Source: an uncultured Planctomycetota bacterium (GTDB taxonomy: Bacteria > Planctomycetota > Planctomycetia > Isosphaerales > Isosphaeraceae). Taken from it: a stretch of 64,000 bases of DNA. This document shows positions 52,222-62,766 of this stretch, piece after piece. The position numbers and the translations under genes are program-made. Position 1 is the stretch's first letter; each line of letters starts with the position of its first letter. The stretch is taken from NCBI GenBank assembly GCA_963737655.1, contig CAVTTN010000002.1, positions 4,768,001 through 4,832,000 on the forward strand. The letters run 5' to 3'. Under the pieces are notes generated by a model. The model made no database searches. It was not told the origin of the DNA and was given only the letters and a program-made list of their open reading frames with translations.

Positions 52222-53187
52222 ATGATGGCGGAGGGTTCTCCGGTGGTCTGCGCGGGGGTGGTCGTGGCCGATCACCTCTCGACGCCGATCGACCACTTGC
52301 CCCGGGCCGGCGAGCTGGTCATGGCCGACGAACTGGTGCTGAACATCGGCGGGTGCGCCTCGAACGCGGCGATGGACCTCGCCCGGCTCGGGGTCGCGGC
52401 GTCGGTCTGCGGGAAGGTCGGCGCCGACGTGTTCGGCCGGTTCGTGATCGAGGTCCTGGAGGCCCAAGGCGTCGATTGCCGGGGGGTGACCGTCGACCCC
52501 GGCCGCTCGACGAGCCAGAGCCTGATCGTGAACGTCCGGGGTCAGGACCGCCGGTTCATCCACTCGTTCGGGGCGAATCGCGGGCTCTCGGTCGCCGACC
52601 TGGAGGCGGCGATCACGCCCTCGACGCGCGTCCTTTACGTCGGCGGATACCTGATCCTGCCGGGCCTGGACGCCGACGCCCTGGGCGAGCTGTTCGAACG
52701 GGCGAGGCGGCGGGGGATCGTGACCGTCCTGGACGTCGCCACGCCGGGGCCCGGCGATTATCCCCCCCTGCTCCGCCCGGTCCTGCCCCATTCCGACGTG
52801 TTCCTGCCCAATTCCGACGAGGCCGAGCTCATCCTGGGCGAGTCGGACCCCATCCGCCAGGCCGAGCGGTTCCGCGAGATGGGGGCCCGCCGCGTGGTGA
52901 TCACCCGGGGCGAGTCCGGCGCGATCTCGGCCTCCGACGCGATGAGGCTGAAGGTCGGCACCTATCCCATCGAGTTCGTGGACGGGACCGGGGGCGGCGA
53001 CGCCTTCGACGCCGGGTACATCGCCGGCTTGCTGGAGGGCCTGGACGAACCCGGCTGCCTCAAACTCGCCAGCGCAGTCGGGGCCAGTTGCGTCCGGGCC
53101 GTCGGCACCACGGCGGGCGTCTTCACCCGGCAGGAAGCGGCGGACTTCGTGGCGACGCATCGATTGGAAATCGAGGCGTATTCGTGA
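52222..53187 (+). CDS. PfkB family carbohydrate kinase
   Basis: GGCASN, GKVGADVFG, PNSDE, VDGTGGGDAF. Confidence 0.93.
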   Translation: MMAEGSPVVCAGVVVADHLSTPIDHLPRAGELVMADELVLNIGGCASNAAMDLARLGVAASVCGKVGADVFGRFVIEVLEAQGVDCRGVTVDPGRSTSQSLIVNVRGQDRRFIHSFGANRGLSVADLEAAITPSTRVLYVGGYLILPGLDADALGELFERARRRGIVTVLDVATPGPGDYPPLLRPVLPHSDVFLPNSDEAELILGESDPIRQAERFREMGARRVVITRGESGAISASDAMRLKVGTYPIEFVDGTGGGDAFDAGYIAGLLEGLDEPGCLKLASAVGASCVRAVGTTAGVFTRQEAADFVATHRLEIEAYS

Positions 53188-53206
53188 TCCGTCACGTGTC
53201 AAGAGA

Positions 53207-53246
53207 TTGGGTGGCATGCTCACGAAGACGTAAGCATGTCACCCAA
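53207..53246. repeat. Family C hairpin between convergent pfkB and archease genes, possible terminator
   Basis: TTGGGTGGCATGCT...AGCATGTCACCCAA. Confidence 0.7.
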
Positions 53247-53262
53247 CCTGGATCCAGTCGAA

Positions 53263-53685
53263 CTAGATATCGAGGATCATTTCCGCCACCCAGCCGTCGG
53301 CGGAGCGTTCCAGGGTCAGGCCGTGATGGGTGACCGCCTTGACCTCGTGGTCCAGGACGTGGCGGGCCCGGTCGATCGGCTCTCCGGCGATCGTGCCGCG
53401 GAGGCTGGTCCCGTCGTCGGCGACGGCGATTTCGAACCGGGAGAAGAGGCGGTGGGTCGTCTCGCACCGGAAGATCAGCTCGTTCAGCCAGGCCGCGAGC
53501 AGGTCGGCCGGGGTGTCGGCGAGGACCTCGACGGGGACGGCCTCGGTCGGCCGGACGTCCTCGAAATTGACGACGATGTAGCCGAATAGACCCTCGGCGG
53601 CGGTTCGGAAGAGGTCGTCGAGCGACTCCGCCGTCACCCGGAGGCCGACGTCGGCGGTGTGGTCGAAGGTGGCGACGGTTCCCAT
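53263..53685 (-). CDS. Archease
   Basis: FDHTADVG, WLNELIF, EVKAVTHH, C-terminal LDI. Confidence 0.93.
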   Translation of the reverse strand: MGTVATFDHTADVGLRVTAESLDDLFRTAAEGLFGYIVVNFEDVRPTEAVPVEVLADTPADLLAAWLNELIFRCETTHRLFSRFEIAVADDGTSLRGTIAGEPIDRARHVLDHEVKAVTHHGLTLERSADGWVAEMILDI

Positions 53686-56511
53686 CGAGGTCGGCCCTTT
53701 CGCGGGAGTGCCAGGGCCAGCCCGACGAGCCCTCCGAGGGCGCTCAGGATCAGGCCAGCCCGAAATGTTCGCGGCTCGTAGGTGAATTGCAACGAATGCG
53801 TCCCGGGTCCGACCGCCGCGCCTCTCATGGCGAGATTGGCTCGGAGGATCGGCGCCGGTCGGCCGTCGATTTTCAGCGACCAGCCCGGATCGAAGGCGTC
53901 GGCCAGGACCACGAGGCCCGGCGATTCGAGATCGACCCGGAGCCGGACCCGGGACGGCCGGTCCTCCTCGATCGCGACCGTTTCCGTCGGGCCCGCCGGC
54001 CGTTTCGAGAGGTCGAGGCGCAGCGATCGCGGGTCCTCGGCCTCGATCCAGGCGATTTCCCTCGGGTCGAACTCGGTGCGGTCGGGAATCTCCCAGAACG
54101 GGTCGCGGCGATAGAGTAGCTCGCGGCGGACCGCCTGGCGGGCTGTGGCGTCGGAACTCGCCCGGCGAATCCGGGCGTCGTGGACGATCCAGGCCCTCGG
54201 GAACGCGGATCGGTTGCGGAGGACCTGCCAGTCCTCCTCCTCCTGCCACCGGGGGCCGTCGGGGCGAGGGCCGATCGGCTCGACGTCGGCGAGGAACGCG
54301 GCGATCCCCCGGCTCGGGTCGAGCCAGTCGGCGGCCACGGCGGGCAGGACGAAGAACCGGGCGCCCCAGAGGTCGAACGCCCTCCTCGGGTAATAGCGGA
54401 TCGTCCGGCCCGGCTCCAGGCCCAGGCTGGCCGCCGATCGTCCCTCGACCGGCATCGTCCAGGACTCGAACGTCTCGGTGAACGCCGCCGGGTCCAGGGC
54501 CCCGGTCGCCAGGACGTAGCGGACGCCGACCGTCGTGCCGAACCCGAACTGGAGCGTGTCCCGCTGCCACCGGACGATCGTCCGCAACCGATCCGGCGAC
54601 CTCGACCGATACCAACCCACCGGATGCCACTCGGCCGCTCGATGGAGGCGCAACGGCGGCTCGGCGCCGGAGTCGGTCATCGCGGAGAGGGCGGCGGAAG
54701 GACGCTCGAAATCCTCCTGAGGGACGGACAGGACCAGCCGGCCGTTGGCGATGGCCAGGTCGATCGCGAGGACCGCCACCGCCGCCGTCCCGGCCCAGCG
54801 CCGGCCTCGGCCCGCCGCCCGGATCAGGACGAGGGCGGCGCCCATCGCCACGGCGGAATGGACGAACCCGCGACGGAGCTCGAACAGGGCGCCCTCGGGG
54901 TCGATCGGCCCGGCCATCGAGGCGACCTTCGCGGCCCGGGTCCACCAGCCCAGGAGCGTTGGCGCCAGGAAAAACGTCAGCATGAGGCCCGAGACCGCCG
55001 CGATCAGCCCCGCTCGGGCGATCCGCCGAGAGGCCCGATCGCCGATCGCGTCCCAGCCGGCCGCCGCGAGGGCCGAGATCGCCAGCGAGGCGAAGGCCCA
55101 GAGCTTCCCCGGGTAGCGGAACCCTCCCAGGCCGGGCAAGAGGGCCGAGATCATGCCATAAACCGAGCCGAATCCGTCGCCGACCCGGCCGTCGGAGCCG
55201 CGGAGCAGGGCCGCCGACTCCGGATGGCGGGGGCCGAGGGTCGCGGCGAGGTCCGGCAGGCCCCGGGCCCACCACAGAGGCCCCCCGAACCGGCCGAAGC
55301 TCATCGCCATCGCCAGGACGGCCAGGGCGGCCATCGGACCTCGCCACGGAGCGGCCTCGCGAGCCCCTCAGGGCGACCAGGGCGAGGACCAGAGTCAACC
55401 CTCCGGCGTAGAGCGAGGCCGACCAGAGCTGATGGCCCTCGATCGGAGGGATTGCCAGGAGCCAGAGCCGATCCTCGGGATACTCCACGCCGAAGAACCC
55501 GGGAAACGCCAGCTCCGCCAGGCGAAACGGCTCGACGCTGAAGCGGTGGACGTCCTGCGAATTCGTCTCGGCCAGGCGGTCACTCGACGCCGCCAGCTCC
55601 GCCACCGGCAGCAGTTGAGGCGCCGAGACCGCCAGCCCCACCGCGGCCGCCCCGACCAGCCCGGCGAGCCTCTGGAAGAAGAGCCGCCGCCGGGCCCGGC
55701 CGATCGCCCGGAGGCCGACGACGATCGCCACCGCCGCGAGGCCCTTCCCCAGGTTCCCCAGCCCCGAGACCACCGGCGCCGGGACGCCCCAGTCCCGAAG
55801 CGTCGGCAAGACGGCCGAGAGCCCGAGGACCGCCGCGATCCAGCCGGCCCCGAGGCCCGCGAGGACGGGAAAGCGCGGCCATCGGGCCGGCCCGATCGTC
55901 AGCCAGGCCGCGTAGGCCGCCGAGGCCACGCCGAGCCCGTAAGCCGCCTCGATGTCCCCGCCCAGGACGATCATCGCCAGGACGATCGCCAGCCCGGCCA
56001 CGTGCCGACGGCCCCCTCGCCGGAGCCAGCCGTCGGCGAACAGGAACCCCAGAGGCAGCCACGCCGAGCCGACGAGATAAATCGCGTTGCACGTCTGGAA
56101 CAGGACCGGCCCGCCAAACCCGTAGCTCAGCCCGCCGAGCGAGGCGGCCGTCGGGCCCAGGCCCAGCCCTCGGAGCAGGCCGAACATCGCCCCGACGGCG
56201 ATCAGCACGTGGCCGATCAAATAGGCCCGCGCCGCCCAGGGATAAGGCATCGCCGCGAAGACCAGCTTGCCCGGATACAGGATCGCCGCCGAGGGGTCGC
56301 CCAGCAGGGGCATCCCGCCGTTGGTCGAGGGGTCCCAGGACGGCACGAGCCCGGCCGACCACTGGGCCTGCACCCTCTGATGGAGCGGATAATAGTAGCT
56401 CGCCGCGTCCCGAAAGCCGAATTGCTCGCCCCGAAACAAAACCGAACCAAAGCACCAGCCGCCGAGGGCGACGGTCGCGACGATCGGAACGATCAAGACC
56501 CGGATCGTCAA
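53634..56511 (-). CDS. YfhO family (GT-C fold) membrane glycosyltransferase, apparent frameshift near 55360
   Basis: RDAASYYYP, WDP...GGMP, many TM helices, FRYPGK, FPRAW, LADAFDPGW. Confidence 0.85.
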
Positions 56512-56623
56512 CGGACTGCCCCCGGACCCTCCTGGACGCCCCCGATCCGGCGATTATAACGACGATCGACCGATTCTCCGAGTCCCACGCCGGGGCCGAC
56601 CTCACCCCTTGCCCGGAGGTTCC

Positions 56624-57085
56624 ATGATCGCCGAAGGCCAGCCCGCGCCGGATTTTACGTTGCCCGACCAGGACGGCCGGGAGGTCACGCTCTCGTCGTT
56701 CCGGGGGCGACCGGTGGTCCTGTATTTCTACCCGAAGGACGACACCCCGGGCTGCACGAAGGAGGCGTGCGCCTTCCGGGATGCCCGGTCGGAGTTCGAG
56801 GAGGCGGGGGCGGTGGTCCTGGGAGTCAGCCCCGACCCCCCGAAGGCCCATCGGAAGTTCATCGACAAGTATGAGCTGAACTTCCCGTTGCTGGCCGACC
56901 CCGAGAAGGCCGTCCTTCAGAGCTATGGCGTCTGGAAGGAGAAGACCATGTATGGCCGGACGTCCATGGGCGTCGAGAGGACGACCCTGGTCATCGACGC
57001 CGAGGGGGTCGTCCGCAAGATCTTCCCCAGGGTGAAGGTCGAGGGACACGCCGCGGCGGTCGTGGAGGCGGTTCGCTCGCCCTGA
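56624..57085 (+). CDS. bcp: Thioredoxin-dependent thiol peroxidase
   Basis: YFYPKDDTPGCTKEAC. Confidence 0.95.
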   Translation: MIAEGQPAPDFTLPDQDGREVTLSSFRGRPVVLYFYPKDDTPGCTKEACAFRDARSEFEEAGAVVLGVSPDPPKAHRKFIDKYELNFPLLADPEKAVLQSYGVWKEKTMYGRTSMGVERTTLVIDAEGVVRKIFPRVKVEGHAAAVVEAVRSP

Positions 57086-57139
57086 AACCGAAGCGGATTC
57101 CAGGGTTCCGGATCGCCCTGTTCCGGGAGGTTGGATAGG

Positions 57140-57523
57140 ATGACGAAGACGTTCATATCGAGACCAGCGGATTTCGGGAATGGCTGTCGGAGTTCCTCGA
57201 CGAGGACGGCCTGGCCGCCGTTCAACGGGACCTCCTGGCCGATCCGGACAGAGGCGACGTCATGCCCGGATGCGGCGGCCTTCGAAAGCTGCGGGCCGCG
57301 GTCCCGAGTCAGGCCCAGGGGAAACGGGGAGGGGCGAGGATCATCTATCTGCATGTTCCCGAGGCCGGGGTGATCCTCTTGCTCGACATCTTATGGGAAG
57401 AACGAGAAGGATGATCTCCGCCCCTCGGAGAAGCAGGCCCTTAAATCCCTGGCGGAAGAATATCGGGACGAAGTGCTTCGCCAGACGCGCCCGGATCGAC
57501 CGCAACCGAGGGGTAGGCGATGA
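57140..57523 (+). pseudogene. RelE/HigB-type toxin disrupted by a +2 and a +1 insertion
   Basis: Reconstructed MTKTFIETSGF...GDVMPGCGGLRKLR...GKRGGARIIY...YGKNEKDDL; ATGA overlap with the antitoxin. Confidence 0.82.
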
Positions 57524-57909
57524 AATCGAATGACTCGCGGAAGCCTCTGTTCGAGCGATTGCAGGAAGGATTGGTCGAGGGACTCCGCCATGCCCGGGGC
57601 GAACGGGCCTTGCGGACGACCGTCCTGGCGGACCTCCCTCCCGAGATGTCGCCGGAGAGTTTGGCCGCCGTTCGGACCGAGTTCGACCTGTCGCGTGCCG
57701 CGTTCGCCCGGGTCCTGAGCGTCTCCCCCGAGACGGTCCGAAACTGGGAGTCCGGGAGTCGAAAGCCGTCGCCGCCATCGCGACGGCTGATCCAGATCCT
57801 TCAGACGAACCCCGCGCTAGTTTTCGAGGCCCTCGGGCTGCCTCTGCCGTCCTCCTGCATCCCGGCCACGAGGCGGACGCGGTCCCCAGGGGATCGATCG
57901 TCGGTGTGA
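57520..57909 (+). CDS. XRE-HTH antitoxin (HigA-like)
   Basis: LFERLQEGLVEG...LSRAAFARVLSVSPETVRNWESG. Confidence 0.88.
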   Translation: MKSNDSRKPLFERLQEGLVEGLRHARGERALRTTVLADLPPEMSPESLAAVRTEFDLSRAAFARVLSVSPETVRNWESGSRKPSPPSRRLIQILQTNPALVFEALGLPLPSSCIPATRRTRSPGDRSSV

Positions 57910-57969
57910 AGCGGGCCCCGCGACGGCCGGGCCTCGTTCGTGTCCGGCCCGGGTTGACCAGGTTCGGCG

Positions 57970-58194
57970 TTAGCCGACCTCGATCTGATTGAGGATCGCG
58001 TGGTCCTGGATCAGGTCCATGGCCCCGTGGAGGGCCAGTTGCTTGGCGTAGTAGGTGGGGGCCCGCCCTCGGATCACGACCCCGTGGTCGCCGAGTTCGA
58101 CCTTCAGCTCGCGGACCTGGCCGTGGGTCCGGGCGAGGATGCGGCTGGCGATCGTCGAGGCCAGGTCCGAGGGCCCGGGCAGCGCTCGTGGCAT
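57970..58194 (-). CDS. Small BON-like domain protein
   Basis: VVIRGRAPTYYAKQLA...NQIEV. Confidence 0.8.
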   Translation of the reverse strand: MPRALPGPSDLASTIASRILARTHGQVRELKVELGDHGVVIRGRAPTYYAKQLALHGAMDLIQDHAILNQIEVG

Positions 58195-58444
58195 GATTGA
58201 CCTTCCGATTCGATTCGGTCGAGAGGGCGGGGCGCCGGCGAAGGAGGCGGAGTCGGAGTCGGAGGCATCGGGGGCGAGCCAGGGGAGCGGAAGCGGCTCG
58301 ATCTCGTGCCCAATCGTCGGGCGGCTCGTGCCGGTTGTCTGGGTCTCGGCCCCGATCTGGAGGCGGAATGGGGACGATTTCAGTCGAGAGCAATTCCCGT
58401 ACCGATCGGGCAATCTAGGCAAGGTCCGGCGGCGACGGGCCGGC

Positions 58445-59139
58445 TCAGCCGGCCGATCCGGGGCCCTCGGCCGGCTTCTTGAACGTGAAGACCGAGACGA
58501 TCTCCGGCCGGATCGTCTTCTCGCCCGAGGCGAACCCCTTGCGGAGCCTCCCGGCGACGGTCCGGCGCGGGCCGGGTCGTCGGTGGCCACCGTCGTGATC
58601 GCCCGCTGCCGGCGGGCGTCGAACTGCTCCCCGTCGAGCGAGAACGGCTCGACGCCCTGGCGGTACAGGATGTCCTCGATCCCTTGCTGGATGCCCCGGA
58701 GCATCCCCCCGGCGCGGTCGGCCTCGCCCAGGAGCGAGTCGGCCATCTTCCCCACGTCGTCGTGGAGCTGGATCAGGTCCACGAACACCGGGCGGAGGAC
58801 GCCGAGCAAGAGGTCCTGCTTGTACTCCTGGAGCTCGGCGTGGAGCCGATCGACGACCTTCTCGCGGGTGTTCTCGGCGCGGATCTCGCGATCGAACAGG
58901 GTGCGGAGGGCGTCGAGCTTCGCGTCGAGGGCCTCGATCCCCTTCAGGGCGGGGCCCAGGTCGATCGGCGGGGCGGAGATGGCCGGCGGGGCCGGATCGG
59001 GAGGCCGGGTCCTCTCCTCCTCGGTGTCGATCGCCAGGTAGGCCGGGGCCGGGACGACGAAGGCGACGTCCGGGGCGGTCGAGACGACCGGGAGGTCCTC
59101 CTCCTCGGACGGGGTCTCGTCGGTCGGGGATTCGGTCAT
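58445..59139 (-). CDS. grpE: GrpE-like nucleotide exchange factor, apparent frameshift near 58570
   Basis: Coiled coil; DILYRQGVEPF, FDARRQRA, RLRKGF...IRPEIVSV. Confidence 0.78.
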
Positions 59140-59243
59140 GACGATGGCTCGGGGCCTCGGAGGGACGGGGGCGGCTCCAGAGTAAGACGTGCCGGACGCC
59201 GGGGCAAGCGCTCGCCGTCGGCTTGGTGCACTCGTCGTGGCGC

Positions 59244-59334
59244 GGGTAGAGCTCTGGAATCTGGAACTTCTGGGGTGCCCCCGGTTCGAGAACCGGGGGC
59301 ACCCGAAAAAACCCCAGATTCGGGAGCTACACCC
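59244..59334. repeat. 91-bp palindromic MITE-like element, family D, copy 2 (inverted)
   Basis: The reverse complement matches 13823-13906 with 5 mismatches over 84 bp. Confidence 0.88.
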
Positions 59335-59353
59335 GTCGCGCGCCGGGACGGCC

Positions 59354-61027
59354 TCACGGCTTCACCTTCGCCTCGGCGATCGCCCGGAGCGCCCTCAGAT
59401 CGAGCTTCCCGCTTCCCAGGACGGGGATGGCGTCTACCCGGATGAAGTCCTCGGCCGAGGGGACCCAGAGCCGGGGCATCCCGGTCTCTCCCAGCCGCTT
59501 GCAGAGCTCGGCCGGCTCGATTCCCAGGTCGGTGTGGACCACGATCAGCCTCTCCTGGCGCTTCGGGTCGGGGATCGCGGTGACGGCCAGGCTGGGCAAG
59601 TCCCGGCCGCCCAGGCCGGCCGCCTCGATCAGGGCCGTTTCCACCCCCTCGTGGGGCACCATCTCGCCGCCGATCTTCGAGAATCGGCTCAAGCGCCCGG
59701 TGATCGTGAGGAAACCGTCGGCGTCGACGAACCCGAGGTCCCCGGTCGAGTACCAGCCGTCGCGGACCGCTTTCGCCGTGGCCTCGGGCCGGTCGAGATA
59801 GCCCACCATCACCTGAGGCCCCTTGATGTGGACGATCCCTTCCGATCCCCTCGCCAGGACGGCCCCGGTCTCCGGGTCGGTCGTCTTCACGGCCGTGCCC
59901 GGGACGGGCATCCCCACCGTCCCCGGCCGGTTCCCCGGGACGGTCCGGCCGTCGGGCGTCGTCAAGGCGTTGGCGGTGTTCACGGCGACGACCGGGGAGA
60001 GCTCGGTGCAGCCGTAGCCTTCCAGGGGCTCCACGTTCAGCGCCTCGCGGATCTGCCGGGCGACTTCCGGCTTGAGCTTCTCGGCCCCGAGGATCGGCAG
60101 GCGGAGCGTGGCGAACTGCTCGGCGTCGCACCTCTTCACATAGCCCTGCATGAACGTGGGGGTCGCCAGCAAGATCGTCGCCTTGTGCTCCTGGCAGAGG
60201 TTGCCGACGATCCGGGCGTCGAGCGGGCTGAAGTGGTACACCCCGGCGAACCCCAGCGACAGCACGGCCCAGATCGTCACCGTGAACCCGAACGAGTGGA
60301 AGAACGGCAGGACGCCCAGGATGATCTCGTCCCGCCCGAGCTCGACCTGCTCGGCGAACTGGTGGATGTTCATGAGGACGTTGCGATGCGACAGGACCAC
60401 GCCCTTGGGGTCGCCGGTCGAGCCCGAGGTGAAGATCACGGTGGCCGTCTCGTCCAGCCGATCCCCGCGAAGGCCGGGCAGGAACGCCCCGAGCGCGGCC
60501 GTCGGCACCGCCTTGGCCACCACGGCGGCGAACACCTTGTCGGCCGTGGTGACTTGCTTGGGGATCTCTTCCAGGAGGACGACCTCCCCCTTCGGCTTGA
60601 TCTTGAACTTGTCCAGGACGCGCCGAGACGTGAGTGTGTGGGTGATCTTGCACTGGTCGATCGACGAATCCACCAGCGCCTGGCTCGCGGTGTAGTTGAG
60701 GTTCACCGGGACCTTGCCGAGCAGGCTGAGCGCGACGTTCGCCATCGCGCCGTGGACCGTCGGCGGGATCATCACGCCCACGAACGGCGACGGGCCGAGC
60801 GTCCGGTTCAGGACCCGCGCGAGGGCGACGGCCCGGAGGAAGGCGTCGCCATACGAGAGCGTCGTCCCCGTGCTATCGGCCATGCACAGGGCCTTCGGGC
60901 GCGATCGGGCGCTGTGGACGAACGCCCGAGGGAGGCTCCGCCAATGGCGAGGCAAGGCAGACAGCGCTCGGAGCGGCGAATCGAGATCGATCGTCCCGGG
61001 GGACGTGGCCGAGGTCGTCAAGCTCAT
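59354..61027 (-). CDS. AMP-binding acyl-ACP synthetase (Aas C-terminal-like)
   Basis: [39 protein letters not shown]. Confidence 0.9.
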   Translation of the reverse strand: MSLTTSATSPGTIDLDSPLRALSALPRHWRSLPRAFVHSARSRPKALCMADSTGTTLSYGDAFLRAVALARVLNRTLGPSPFVGVMIPPTVHGAMANVALSLLGKVPVNLNYTASQALVDSSIDQCKITHTLTSRRVLDKFKIKPKGEVVLLEEIPKQVTTADKVFAAVVAKAVPTAALGAFLPGLRGDRLDETATVIFTSGSTGDPKGVVLSHRNVLMNIHQFAEQVELGRDEIILGVLPFFHSFGFTVTIWAVLSLGFAGVYHFSPLDARIVGNLCQEHKATILLATPTFMQGYVKRCDAEQFATLRLPILGAEKLKPEVARQIREALNVEPLEGYGCTELSPVVAVNTANALTTPDGRTVPGNRPGTVGMPVPGTAVKTTDPETGAVLARGSEGIVHIKGPQVMVGYLDRPEATAKAVRDGWYSTGDLGFVDADGFLTITGRLSRFSKIGGEMVPHEGVETALIEAAGLGGRDLPSLAVTAIPDPKRQERLIVVHTDLGIEPAELCKRLGETGMPRLWVPSAEDFIRVDAIPVLGSGKLDLRALRAIAEAKVKP

Positions 61028-61150
61028 GGCGAAAGGTCCGCTCCGGTCCCGGGGACGATCCCGGCCCGTCTCGCCCGAAATCGTCGCGATCCGGCCAGCC
61101 TCCAACCCCGAGCGGACACTCTACGCCAACCGGGGGACGCGGGCAATCTT

Positions 61151-61316
61151 GCAGTGGGCAGTGGGCAGTGGGCAGTGTGCAGTGTGCAGTGGGCAGTGGG
61201 CAGTGGGCAGTGGGCAGTGGGCAGGAGAAAGAATCGTCAGCCTTCGGCTCCCGACGTCTTCCAACTGCCCACTGCCCACTGCCCACTGCACACTGCACAC
61301 TGCACACTGCACACTC
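61151..61316. repeat. Inverted heptamer tandem arrays (GCAGTG[G/T])n
   Basis: 10 units at 61151-61220 and about 7 complementary [C/A]CACTGC units at 61263-61316. Confidence 0.93.
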
Positions 61317-62471
61317 CTACCCTCTAGCCCGTTGGCCTTCGGTGTTCAGGAGGCGGACGATCTGGAGGAGGACTTCCGGATCGAGGCGGCTGTCGAACGG
61401 GTCTCGGTGGATGAAGCGGATCTTGCCGTCGCGGTCGATGATGACCGAGGCCGGGCGGTTGGACCATTCGGTATGGCCCCGGCCCTGCATGGCCACTCCA
61501 TACGAGGCGCTGACGGTGCTGGATGGGTCCGACAGCAGGGGGATTTCCGGGTCGCCCGGGTTCGGGGCGGAGTTTTTCAAGGTGGTGTCGAGGCGGCAGG
61601 TCTCGTGCGACTCGACCATCAGCAGGGTGCTGCCCAGCTCCTCGAACTTCGCCTTGGCCCGCCTGAGCCGGCCGATCTGGGCCGGGTCATACGGGCAGAT
61701 GTCGCCGACGAGGAAGACCAGGACGACGGCCGACTTGCCCCGGTACTCGTCCAGGGAGTAGGTGCGTCCCCGCGTGTCCTTCAGGCGAAACGGCGGCGCG
61801 GGGCGGTCGATCGCGGCGGAGTCCAGCGTCTCGGCGGTGAAGGCCAGGAGCGCCTGGCGAACCTCCTCGACGGGCTGGGGATCGGGGGTGAGGAGGGCCT
61901 GCTCGGCCTTCCGGCGGACGTTGAACACGTCGTCGCGGTCCATCGCCCGGCGGACGGCCGAGGACGACTTGGCGAGGTCGAGCATCCCCAAGGCGCCGAT
62001 GGCATAGATCCTCGCTTCGGCGCTGGGGTCGGTGGCGACGACGCCCTCCAAGACCGGGCCGAGCGAGACCTCGCCGATCACGCCCAGGGCCTGAACGGCG
62101 ACCGAGCGGACCTCGGGGCATTCGTCCTCCAAGAGCTCGACGATCGGCCCGGTGCCGGCCGGTCCGAGCCGGACGAGGTCGGCCAGGGCGAGCATCCGGG
62201 CCTTCCAGAATTGCTCGATCGGCCCGCCCGCCTCGCGACGGACCGGCGCGACCGCGCGATCGACGGCCTCCGACGACGACCCCCGGGACGAGAAGACGCG
62301 AGGCGGAGGCGGGGCGATGGTCGGCCCCGACGGGCCCGAAGGGTCGGCCCGGGCCCCGGCCCGATCCAGGACGAATCCCCCGAGGACCAGACCCAGGGCG
62401 CAGACGATCGAGGCCGCCCCGCCGATCACGACGGCGGGCCGGACGCGACGAACGAACCGAAAGCAAATCAA
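61317..62471 (-). CDS. HEAT-repeat + AhpC/TSA redoxin domain protein (start uncertain)
   Basis: HEAT repeats; APPFRLKD...VVLVF..DICPY...LLSDP...YGV...IIDRDGKIRF. Confidence 0.8.
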   Translation of the reverse strand: MICFRFVRRVRPAVVIGGAASIVCALGLVLGGFVLDRAGARADPSGPSGPTIAPPPPRVFSSRGSSSEAVDRAVAPVRREAGGPIEQFWKARMLALADLVRLGPAGTGPIVELLEDECPEVRSVAVQALGVIGEVSLGPVLEGVVATDPSAEARIYAIGALGMLDLAKSSSAVRRAMDRDDVFNVRRKAEQALLTPDPQPVEEVRQALLAFTAETLDSAAIDRPAPPFRLKDTRGRTYSLDEYRGKSAVVLVFLVGDICPYDPAQIGRLRRAKAKFEELGSTLLMVESHETCRLDTTLKNSAPNPGDPEIPLLSDPSSTVSASYGVAMQGRGHTEWSNRPASVIIDRDGKIRFIHRDPFDSRLDPEVLLQIVRLLNTEGQRARG

Positions 62472-62766
62472 CGGCGGGGTCCTTGGTGGGGTGGGATGAT
62501 CGCCGGGCCTCGGGGGCGGCCGGGCTCCGCGCAGGGTATCGCCGGCTCGCCCGGTCGGGCAAGGAGGCGACGAACAACGGCCCGGAAGAGGGCCGGGCCT
62601 CTCTCATTCTAGGGAGAAGCGACAACTTCGGTCGCCCTGCGCTCGAAAAACGGCCGATCGGCACGTTCCGGACGTCATTCCGAAGGCCGAAGGGCGGGCG
62701 GTCGTCGCGATGACGGGTCGAGCGCGTCGGAGGCGGCGGGAACGACGTTTGCTCCGAACCGATCGC

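Noticed and set aside
53263..56511. 1082-aa YfhO-archease fusion ORF
   Set aside because: The middle is off-frame sequence caused by the YfhO frameshift; archease has its own ATG at 53685.
18514..59139. About ten frameshifted genes read as pseudogenes or programmed frameshifting
   Set aside because: They are small indels, often in homopolymer or GC runs, both halves are undegraded, and purQ is affected. Long-read assembly error is the simpler explanation.
57970..59139. 389-aa GrpE-BON fusion ORF
   Set aside because: The real GrpE C-terminus is in another frame ending at 58445, so the fusion is a frameshift read-through.
61151..61316. Possible CRISPR array (also 19.3 and 44.0 kb)
   Set aside because: 7-9 nt tandem units without unique spacers, and no cas genes.
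60873..61327. Small ORFs with CPLPTAH/QWAVGSG repeats
   Set aside because: These are translations of the heptamer DNA repeat, not likely proteins.
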